In this document: positions 53,625 to 64,000 of the stretch, piece by piece
Layout: each line of letters opens with the position of its first letter
How positions within the stretch are numbered: the first letter of the stretch is position 1
Assembly: GCF_026571515.1 (NCBI RefSeq)
Contig: NW_026865212.1
Coordinates: 62,001-126,000 of the forward strand
Direction: 5' to 3'
From: Ruditapes philippinarum
Lineage: Eukaryota
Length of the DNA: 64,000 nucleotides
Notes under the pieces: model-generated
Told to the model about the DNA's origin: nothing
Databases searched by the model: none
What the model saw: the letters and a program-made list of their open reading frames with translations, nothing else
Translations under genes and position numbers: made by a program

Positions 53625-54436
53625 TTATTAATACCAACGGATATAGAGAATAATAGGTTGGTGCCGTGGATGGAGAAAGTTTATCTGGCGAGGCGGAGGA
53701 ATTTATTGGGTGAGCCGAAGGCTGCACTTGTTCTTAATGAGATCTATCATCCTATTATTCTATTTATCCTGTCACCGTTTTTTTTTTAAAGAATTTTATT
53801 AAGCAAACTACCTTTAATCACACTATCGAAAATGTTTCTATATACACAAAGAAGGCCCGAAGCGTGCATTATTCTACAACAATGCACTCGCCGTTCTTAT
53901 TATCTCCCTGTGTATTTTCACATTGAAGGCGCCATTTTGTTTGAAAAATGTGATAAATAAAAACAATTTTTTGTCGAATTTTGTTGTGAAAACTATCTAG
54001 AATGAAAGAAAATGGTCTAACTAAGAAAATGAATTGGAACACCAATATCTTTTATTCAGTCGTAAACGCTGTACAGACGTTTAAAGTATTGTTTACGTGA
54101 CGTCACAATGTAGCGCCAAACAGCACGTGCAAAACAATCAAATCAAATACGCTATTTTAATGTCGCAAACGAGTTAAGTTATACATTTATTTCACTTTTA
54201 TAATTTTTATTTCGCTTGAAAAATTATAGAGTGAAATAAAATAAACAAACAAAGTTTTATCAACGTTTCCAAAATTCGTTATTCTACACACAGAAGATTT
54301 AACGACAGTTTTTTTCATACCACTGGAACGGCCTGTAAAGAAGTCCGGCAAACCACGTGATCAAGTGCCGTAGATCAGTAAAAATATACGGCACCTTGTT
54401 ATCGGGCCGAAATTGATACAAGTGACAGGATAAATA
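53625..54436. mobile_element. Hairpin-type non-autonomous element with a disrupted hairpin
   Basis: AGAATAATAGG / CCTATTATTCT arms, and TATTTATCCTGTCAC (53761) / GTGACAGGATAAATA (54422) inverted repeats. Confidence 0.6.
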
Positions 54437-55689
54437 CATGTATACAATCATTTATAATCCATATGTGTAACGCATGATCAACACGTACCACACTCGTGTA
54501 ATTGTCCCTTATTATATTATCGCTATTAGCGAAGATCCCCTCTTAAGGTATCTGTTCACACTTAGTAAAAATATGCCACTGGTTATATTACCATGTTGAT
54601 CATGTTGAGCATAATTGTTTATTATACAATAATTGTAATGTCTATTAATTCTAATAAAAAATAATACAAATTCTATGAATATTGTTTTCTTTTCTTTTTT
54701 TTGTGTTTTATGTGCTATTTTAATACTGAGTTTTTATGTTTACTACTTTTTTTATAAAAATTGTAAAATAAATTTTAAGAATTCAATTGTCATATTGACC
54801 GACGAGTATAAGACAAAACTTAACTGGAAAAAGTCAGTAAATTAGGGTTAATCTTTCAATATATAATATTGGTTATTCTTAAACCATGTACATGTACATT
54901 TGTATTTTCTTTATCATTTTTTAAATTATCAATCAATTGAATAATTCATAAAATATAATTTGTAACTTTGAATAATTGCTCGGCATCTGTACCAAACACG
55001 AATAACAAATTAAATAAAAATGTTTCAAAGTTGATCATGTTAATTAATACCATAAAAATGTACCTTTTTTCTCAATTATTGTACATATTTATTGTTTTTA
55101 TCTCATATAGATAAAATGAAACATGCTATTGTTATTGTTGTTGTTTTGTTGTTTTTTTCGAATTGTAACGATATCAAACATCTACTCCAAAACCGGGAGA
55201 GACCGGACAATAAACGTGTAGTACTATTCGCCGGTCACTAGTAAATCCCGGTCAAAATAGACCGGGAGAGACCGGAAATTACCGATAGGAGTGATAAATA
55301 GATATATCTATAAATAGACTTTCGGAATATTTAGGTCATCAACTGATCATTCTAGGATACATGTTCAACAATAACATACCATGATAACCCACTGTGTACT
55401 ACAAAATGATAAATAAAAAAACCCGAAGAGCGCGATTTATTGACGGATAGGAAAAGGTTATTTTATTTTTTGAAAATGTTTGCATTGCGAAATTCTCCAG
55501 TTCGCTATTCATTGTAACATATCGCGACATTTTGTTCTTAATTAATAATCAAGCACCCTCATACCGATCGGAATGATCGGCTTTTATTATGACCGACTAA
55601 AAGGCTCGAGAAGTTGCTGTCGCCCTTTCACAAAATCTGATTTCATTCCATAAACAGGGCGCGGACGCCAATAATGGTTTAAATTTACT

Positions 55690-56578
55690 AATAACTAGAA
55701 CTCCGCGAGTCGGATGTGTCGCCTTGTGAACAATAAAGTTTAGGAGAATGGCCAGGACAAAAATGAAATTTGAAAATCAACAAAGGGCAATAACTCAAAA
55801 AATAAGAAATGCAGAGCAGCAGTTTCTGTGCACTGCACTTCTTATCAATAAGATAATAAGTTTCAAGTCTAAAGCTTTTATAATTTATGAGAAATGGCCT
55901 GGACAAAAATAAAGTATGAAAATTAACAAAGGGCAATAACTCAAAAAATCAAAAAAGCAGAGTACCAGTTCTTGGGCACTGCACTTCTTTTTTAAGAGAT
56001 CTATCATCCTATGAAGTTTCATGTCCATTGCTTTTATACTTTAGGAGAAATGGCCTGGACAAAAATAAAGTATGAAAATTAACAAAGGGCAATAACTCAA
56101 AAAATAATAAGTGCAGAGTACCAGTTCCTGGGCACTGCACTTCTTCTTAATGAGATCTATCATCCTATGAAGTTTCAAGTCCATAGCTTTTATACTTTAG
56201 GAGAAATGGCCCGGACAAAAATAAAGTATGAAAATTAGCAAAGGGCAATAAGTCAAAAAATAAGAAATGCAGAGTACCAGTTCTTGTGCACTGCACTTCT
56301 TCTTAATGAGATCTATCATCCTATAAAGTTTCAAGTCCATAGCTTTCATACTTTAGGAGAAATGGCCTGGACAAAAATAAAGTATGAAAATTAACAAAGG
56401 ACAATAACTCAAAAAATAAGAAATGCAGAGTACCAGTTCTTGTGTACTGCACTTGTTCTTAATGAGATCTATCATCCTATGAAGTTTCAAGTCCATAGAT
56501 TATATACTTTAGGAGGAATGGTCCGGACAAAAAATAAGTATGAAAATTAACAAGGGCAATAACTCAAAAAATAAGAAT
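55690..56578 (-). mobile_element. Truncated Helentron/HINE-like element with a 156-bp satellite array (~5.5 units)
   Basis: The GGGCAATAACTC motif or a close variant recurs at 55785, 55931, 56087, 56243, 56399 and 56554. AACTAGAA terminus. The array stops abruptly at a lectin exon fragment. Confidence 0.85.
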
Positions 56579-56579
56579 T

Positions 56580-56736
56580 CCAATTGACCCACATCCTGAG
56601 CATGTTTGGCTTTCATGTCAGCAATAGTTGAATTTAACTCCCCAATCTCAGTTCGAAGTTGATGTATGGCTTCTGCAATGGATACTGGATCATGAAGTAG
56701 AAGACGTTTGTTTTCAAGGCTGACGACTTCACTCGA
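56580..56736 (-). pseudogene. Orphan lectin exon-1 fragment (L6)
   Basis: Minus strand translates SSEVVSLENKRLLLHDPVSIAEAIHQLRTEIGELNSTIADMKAKHAQDVGQL. No start codon and no splice donor. Confidence 0.88.
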
Positions 56737-56899
56737 ACTTGTCCATGGTTCATGTGCTTATAAGGAGTAAGATTGTTTACCAAAAGCAGGGGATTTGTTC
56801 ATAAAGAATAATGACAGAAGGAGGGACATGTATAATTATTACGTTAAGCACACCTTCCGTGCGTAATTAACAATTTTACCATATCTCAATATCGTTTAT

Positions 56900-57535
56900 G
56901 GTTATTTCCATTATGTATGATAGGATATTATTATATGATCTAAATATAGCTGCAATCTCATTGGTCAAAACAGCAGTCAACAAAACTTTTTATAGAACCA
57001 TATTCACTGGGTGTAGTATCATATTCATTGGCTAAATTGGATTTTTCCAGTCTAAAAATAGATTTAGACTTATATTCAATGACCATATATCGTTGACTGT
57101 TAATTGCGCATGATTATTAAAAAATATTATTGTTGCGTTTTGATCTTTATGGTATATTTCTCGATCAAGATATCATTACTTAACTATTATATTTTGAAGT
57201 TGCACCGCAATGATTAGTATAAACTTAAATTACATTTGTATGTGCAACGTTCGCGTAGTTGTTGCACGCCTTCCACTTGCGTCTTTTTTCTCGCGCTTCA
57301 ACGAAACAGACACAAGTTGTACATGTATAAGGTTGTACTTTCTGTGATTTGTTTTTAAATTTGTATAGCCTATTCATATAATTAAACAATTATTGACTAA
57401 TGTGCCATTAAATATGTTGTGATATTCACCGGCAAAAAGTGATATTGGCCTCGGCTTTCGCCTCGGTCAATATGTCATCTGCCGGTTGCATATACCATAT
57501 ATTCAACTGGAGCAGCCTTGTCAATAATTGTTATA
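56900..57535. mobile_element. Hairpin-terminated non-autonomous element (Crypton-like)
   Basis: Terminal hairpin AACAATTATTGAC...GGCCTCGGCTTTCGCCTCGG...GTCAATAATTGTT at ~57385-57532. Left boundary approximate. Confidence 0.5.
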
Positions 57536-59630
57536 TTTTACCCTCCACAGTGTTTTTTTATACCAGATGAATGGGGAGTCATGTTTTATAACTAAGAAAA
57601 TGTTGCAGCAATGCAAGGCAATGGAGAGCTGGCGCAAAAAATGCGCTCAATACTAGTACCTTATGCCCTAATCATGTTCTCGCGCCACAAGTCGGTTCTA
57701 TTTAGATTAAGGAAGTAGTGTACACTATTCCGGATGCTTTTAGTAAATCATCTTTTAATCACTACTTATCGTTGCACTCTGAGTCATGGAGGACAAGGGG
57801 CAGATTTAAATTTTAAAAAATGATAGCGCCCACCGGTAGGAAAGTAATGCTCACTTACGAATGTGAACAGTGACAGTAGGGCAACATTTTTCTCTTTGTG
57901 TCACTACTGTTATAGCACGACAATTGAGTACTTCGCGTTGTGTCTAGTGGAATTTATTAAAGCAGCACAAGTTCTGATAGAATACTAATACAAATCAAAC
58001 TTTTAAAACAGTTTTTATTTCTCGGTTAAATAGTTCCTTATTCCGCGATTACATATTAATGTACATCAACAAAATAGCTCTCCGTTTATTAATTATAAAA
58101 TGCGAATAGAAAAGTACGTAGCTTAAATGAATAAGTCAAACAAAAGTATCAAAGCCGCCCTGACGCTGAATTGGCAAACTTGATTTAACGTGATCTAAAA
58201 AGTATCACCCAGAATGCGCATTTGCATGACCAGTTCAACTGTCCGAATATGACCTAGTACTTATAGTAAACATGTATATACATGAGGCATACCGTTATAG
58301 TGTTATACTGTAGTCAGTAATATTAGATGATAAAAATATCAAAGCATATACATTTTCTTTTTCACCTATACTGCTACTCACTTTCTACAAATATCAACAA
58401 CTAATCATTGTAGGAAATATTAAAATCCACATGTAAATAAGCCAAATCGACTTAATTTTTCAAAATGTCAGTTACATGTTTCGCGCCACATGGTATATCA
58501 TGTTAAATAAGAAAGGCATTGGTGCAAAGCATCAAATGGCATCCAAGCAAGAAATGCAACAAGTGACGATGAACTCGTAGACCTCTGATGACCAGATATT
58601 CTTTTAAACTTTTCCATGGTTAATTGGATTTTACCAGAATTGTACATGTACATGTATATCATAGATGAATGGGCGGACGAAAGACATTGTTCATCATGAA
58701 CTTTGGTCGGCTTGCTAAAAATAAATATATTAAATGCATTTTCTTTGGAACATACAAAACAGTAGTAAAAAAAGTCTGTTTTATTATAATTGTTACAAAT
58801 ATACAAAACAGCATTGCAAAAATATAACAAAAGAGACTACCAATTGTAATATAAATAGGCATTTTTTCCATCAAATTAAGAACAATGGTTTTCTTCTGAT
58901 GCCTTGGACTTAAGATACAGTAGCTATATTTAAGTCTCAGAATAAGAACAAACACTGGAAAGAAAAAAAATTGGTATGAACTTCGTAAAGCCAAAATCTC
59001 AGGATCTTTCTTCTTGTTATAATACGCTGTTAAACAAAAAAATGGTACATATTAAAGTCATAAATAAATCTTGCAATGGTTTATGTTGTATATATTAGGA
59101 ACACCATTGATTTATCAATTGAAACTGTTGTACCTGTATTTAGACAGGATATCATAGGGTATGTGAAAATCACTTAACATCATGGACATGCAATCAGAGA
59201 GATATAGAAAGCTACGTAGGACAGCTTAAGAAGCGTTATAAAATGAAAGAAACTGAAACTGGTTATGAGTTAGACGCCTATATATTTGTACAATTAACAT
59301 GTATTCAACTGGCAGTTTTACCAAAAACATAAATACAGGATTTAAACTATATAATTCTCATATGTATACTGTTGTGTAACAATGAAATGTTCTACTAAGA
59401 ATTGCAAAAAGATACAGATAGATGAAAAGATACCACAGACAAGTATGGAAACAATGTAGAAATTTGCTGTAAGCATATAACGTAGAAATATCAGAAACTC
59501 TAGCACATAGACCAGAAAATAACAAACGAATAGAAATAACTTAAACATGAAAAATATAGTTAGTTCTTACACAGTCATTAAAAAATTCAATACATGTATT
59601 TCTGATAAAACACATAAGTTATGTAACAAT

Positions 59631-59670
59631 ATTACAATACAATACAATACAATAATAGTTTATTCAACAT
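59631..59670 (-). repeat. (ATACA)n run next to a minus-strand AATAAA, probable LINE 3' tail relic
   Basis: TACAATACAATACAATACAATAATAGTTTATT. Confidence 0.5.
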
Positions 59671-60755
59671 TAAACATTTTACAATGTTTTTAGCATACAG
59701 AGTTTAATATACAAAGAGAACATGGTTTACAGAAGAGTACATGATTATCCATAATGATTAATACTTAATTGATAATATTTTACTTTTGATGCAAGAAAAA
59801 AGACTGATCATTTAAATATAAACTACAAGAAAAAAGACTGGTCATTTAAATATAAATTGAATCAGCTACACAAGGTTTCTGTTCATACCTCCCGCGCGTA
59901 AAATGAGATTCTCGCGCGCGTGTAAATACTTAAAATACTTCTATCTAGTAGTAAACCAACTAAATACGGGAAAAATCGTGAGTTAAACTAATTATAGATT
60001 GAACATGCTGTATGAACTTTTATTTACGCGTCGCGACTTAGATTCGCATAGTATATTGTTATGTATGCAACATATTACATGTATATAGTTTGTATCTGAC
60101 CAGTTGGTATTTCCAATATTATCATTGTTCTATTTTTAGAACATAAACTACATGTATGTACTAGAACTTTCTTAATTGTTGTAGATAAACTCATGCATTA
60201 TATTTAGTTAGAAACTTCCGGACTGTTCTTTATTGTTGAAAGTGCTAGATTATGATTACACTAGAACATAATAGACTATTCTGGAATGTTCCTAGTTTAT
60301 ATATATTACGGCATATTTTTCTTTTCTTTTACCTTTTAAAGTCATCAGTGATCTTTAAGTCATCAGTTACCTTTTAAGTCATCAGTGATATATTAAGTCA
60401 TCAATATATATTTGGAGTATTATTCAACTTGGATATAAAGTGAATTATTGGAGCTTGGATTTTAAAATAAATTATTCTTGTGGATTTTATTGTGGGAATT
60501 TATTCTAAAGTGTTCTTGGATTTAACTTGGATTTAACTGTGCTATTGAAAAAGGATCATTCCAGGATCAGACTAGACATTTGTAATTTTTATTTGGACTT
60601 CAGGTATTTGTAAAGATAATTTGTTATTTTATTTTTCTTTAATAATTTTTCTGTAATAAATTTGTTATTGTTACAAGTTTGTTGCTGGCTTTTCTTTCTC
60701 ATTTTGAAATTTTTGAAACACATCACTTTCTGAGTAAAACCAGCAACAAGCAGTC

Positions 60756-61840
60756 ATGTCTTTTAATTTAGAAAAGTTTGTAGCTGAACCTTCCCAGGAG
60801 GTATTAGATTTGGCTAAGAAAACTGATTTGCTCGATCTTGCAAAAAAGTATAATTTATCAGAAATTAAATCTTCAATGCGTAAACAAGAAATTAAAAATC
60901 TTCTGATTCATTATTTTGTGGATGAAGATATTTTTGGACAAGATGCACTTTCTCTGATTGTTGAAACAAACCCAGAAATTAAGATAAAAGAGCTTGAACT
61001 TCAATTTAAATTTGAACTAGAAAAAATGAAATTAGAAAAAGAAAGGGAAGAAAAGGCAGTTTACAGTTAGAAAAAGAAAGGGAAGAAAGGCAGTTACAGT
61101 TAGAAAAAGAAAGGGAAGAAAGGCAGTTACTGTTAGAAAAAGAAAGGGAAGAAAAGGCAGTTACAGTTAGAAAAAGAAAAAGAAGAAAAAGAAAGGGAAA
61201 GGCAGTTTGAAAAAGAAAGAGAAGAGAGAGAATTTCAGTTAAGAATGAAAGAATTAGAAATCAAAGAGAGAGCAAATCAGTATGAACATAGAATAAATTC
61301 AAAAATTTGATGTCACTAAAAATATTAGGCTTGTTCCACCTTTCCAAGAAAAAGAAGTTGATAAGTATTTTTCTTCATTTTGAAAAGGTTGCTGAAAATT
61401 TAAAATGGCCAATTGAGCACTGGACATTACTTTTACAGAGCGTCTTAATTGGCTAAAGCTCGTGAAATCTATACACAACTTACTGTCGAACAAAGCTCTA
61501 ATTATGATAATGTAAAAGAATTAAATTCTGAAAGGTTTATGAGTTAGTACCAGAGGCCTACAGGCAAAAATTCAGAAATTCTAAGAAAGAAATTGGTCAA
61601 ACCCCATGTCGAATTTGCAAGAGAAAAAGAACAACTGGTTTTGATCGGTGGTGTCTATCCAAGAAAATTAATAAAAATCATGAAAAGCTCAGCACAGCTC
61701 ATGTTAGTTGAAGAGTTTAAACGTTGCATTCACTCTGATGTTAAATCTTTCTTAGATGAAAAACAGGTAGAAACTTTAGAAGAAGCTGCCCGTTTAGCTG
61801 ATGATTATTTCTTTAACCCACAAAGTTTCATTTTATAAAT
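60756..61840 (+). pseudogene. Gypsy gag with an E/R-rich coiled coil and SCAN-like capsid region
   Basis: MSFNLEKFVAEPS...; a 33-bp LEKEREERQLQ repeat at ~61032-61200; then FDVTKNIRLVPPFQEKEVDKYF...YELVPEAYRQKFRN...LMLVEEFKRC read across frameshifts. Confidence 0.85.
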
Positions 61841-62939
61841 AAAGGGAAGTCCACACCCTCACATTTTAATTCAAGTTCAGTTCTGGTAAATTATCTGGCT
61901 CATCTAGTCAGTCAAATACCCAAACAAAATACAAATTCTGATGAACATCAAAGGTCATAGTCCTATCTCGTCCTAAGCATGGCAATTATATGCAAGAACA
62001 ACTGGACAGCTTTTTATCTGATTGCGTTTAATCCATTAAAAAGGAGGCAACACAAGGATGAGGCCGAAACGCGCAGTCCTTACCATTCAAGGTACTGAAA
62101 CCTCAGTCTGGTATTGATACAATGGCAATTTTGAAGGTCCAATAGACCCAATCTGATTCTATACGTGGAGGATTTATAAGACCATCTTTCGGGACGGTTC
62201 GAGTGTCACTTATCGGATACTGTGCCCACCTACCCTATTCGAAAAATTAAGCAGACAGCAGGAGTTGTTCGCGAATCTCTTATTTAGCAGATATAGCTAC
62301 TGCGAGGGCACCGGCCTTTTTCTGAAGAAGACATTCTTCTGGATCTAGTGTTCCTTATCATGGTGGTAGAACGTGTGGGTTTTTCTAAGTAGACCCGTCT
62401 CTCATGAATATGGTATTTGTCCTCAGATTTGGTATTCGGGCCGGTGGCTGTAGTACTATAGACTTCTTACCTCTTTAAATTATTGCAGGTAATTACTTAG
62501 CTGGAATAAGAGTGGTTATCGCCACTTGCTAAAACTGACACATCCTGTGGAATAGATAGCCTGACCATTGGAGCAGGAATCCTGACCTTTACCCTTCATC
62601 GTGACCAGTTTCATCGAGCCTAGGGCTAAGAAGGCCATTCAAGAGAATAATATGGTTACAGATATTGACTTGTTTAGCTGATATCATTTAGGTCAGTCTT
62701 TGAATAATGAAAATAATTTCTCTCACTCCTCTCTGCTTCTATGAAACTCAGACATATTTTTCAATTAATCTGACTTTTCTACACCAAGATCTAAAGATCA
62801 AGGTCATGACACGCTGTCAAGGTCACAGCTTATCCAGGAACAACAAAAATGATCCTGAGATTTCAGTCCTTTTTCAAAAGGCCTTTAGTGAAGATGAAGC
62901 TTTACAAGTCCTGTTTGTTATTATGAAAAGAATGGGATT

Positions 62940-64000
62940 TTAATGAGAAAATGGCGACCGCCCAATGTCCCTGCTGAAGAGGAGTGGACAGTTAATCACC
63001 AAATTGTGGTCCCTAAAACATATCGCCAGGAAATATTAAGCTTGGCTCATGAAACACCCATGGCAGGTCATTTAGGTGTAATAATAAACCTACCATAAAA
63101 TTCTCAATCATTTTTATTGGCCTGGCCTTAAAGCAGAGATGTATCTAGGTACTGTAAATCTTGTCATACTTGTCAGATGGTTGGAAAACCTAACCAGACA
63201 ATACCTAAAGCTCATTTACAGCCTATTCCTGCATTTGATGAACCTTTTAGTAGAGTTATTATTGACTGTGATAGGTCCATTACCAAAAAAACTAAATCAG
63301 GTTCTCAGTACTTATTGACTATAATGTGTGCTTCTACGCGCTTCCCTGAAGCTATTCCTTTAAGAAATATTAAAGCCAAAACTATTGTTAAGGCTCTTGT
63401 GAAATTTTTCACTTTGTTGGTTTACCTAAATCAGTACAGTCTGATCAAGGGTCAAATTTATGTCTGGTATTTTCCAGCAGGTCCATGCATGAGTTAGGAA
63501 TTACTCAATATAGGTCTTCAGCCTATCACCCTGAAAGTCAAGGTGCATTAGAGAGATTTCACCAGACTCTGAAAAAGGTCATATTGTTTGACACTGAAAA
63601 AGACTGGGATGAAGGGCATCATTTATTGTTATATTGCTAGTAAGAGAAATCTGTTCAGGAATACTCTTGGCTTCAGCCCTTTTGAATTAGTATTTGGTCA
63701 CACACTGTCCGAGGACCCTTAAAACTTATAAAAGAGAAATTCCTTTCTGAAGATGACATATCTTTAAATTTGCTTCAGTATGTATCAGATTTTCGTAATA
63801 GGTTGACTAATGCATGTGAGTTAGCTAGGGTTAATTTAAAATCAACACAAAGTAAAATGAAATCAAGGTATGATGAGAATGCTCATGAAAGAAGTTTTAA
63901 CCCGACATGGTGATAGTGTACTTGCTCTTTTACCTATACCTGGAAAACCTTTACAGGCAAGATACTTTGGACCGTTTATACTATTGAAAAGAAAGTCAGT
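62940..64000 (+). pseudogene. Gypsy integrase (H2C2 zinc finger plus rve core), frameshifted
   Basis: LAHETPMAGHLG, FYWPGL, CKSCHTCQ, YLLTIMCASTRFPEAIPL, SDQGSNL, SAYHPESQGALERFHQTLK. Confidence 0.9.

Larger units (their letters stand above)
60057..64000 (+). mobile_element. Ty3/Gypsy LTR retrotransposon, Gmr1-like (integrase upstream of RT), 3'-partial and frameshifted
   Basis: Probable 5' LTR from TGTTA at 60057 to about TTACA at 60675. gag starts at 60756. An integrase zinc finger and core begin at ~62940 with no RT motifs in between. Confidence 0.9.

Noticed and set aside
61032-61200. Link between the 11-residue gag repeat and the lectin hendecad stalk
   Set aside because: Same period but no sequence similarity (LEKEREERQLQ versus QLNATHYQDVA); coincidental.

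Overview
AT-rich, intron-containing animal DNA. The repeat families and the secreted-protein style point to a bivalve mollusc, probably a venerid clam (inference). Left part (1-28.2 kb, + strand): two tandem copies of a spliced SAM-dependent O-methyltransferase whose reconstructed protein resembles the cyanobacterial mycosporine-pathway O-methyltransferase MysB. Copy 2 has a nonsense codon and a GC splice donor. Middle and right (30.5-56.7 kb, - strand): a tandem array of five three-exon genes (L1-L5) plus one orphan exon (L6). They encode secreted proteins built as signal peptide, KRLLLHDP motif, variable-length 11-residue-repeat coiled-coil stalk and C-terminal H-type lectin head. Only L2 and L3 are intact, and the array shows mosaic genes, a deletion-fusion, inversions and a templated insertion. 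The rest is transposon-derived: a Tc1/mariner element, a 5'-truncated LINE and a LINE 3' fragment, Helentron-like elements carrying satellite arrays, Kolobok-, Sola- and pogo-like MITEs, tRNA-derived SINEs, and a Gmr1-type Gypsy element running off the right end. The first ~600 bp and last ~3 kb are indel-rich and may be poorly polished assembly. All homology statements come from recalled family motifs, not from database searches.
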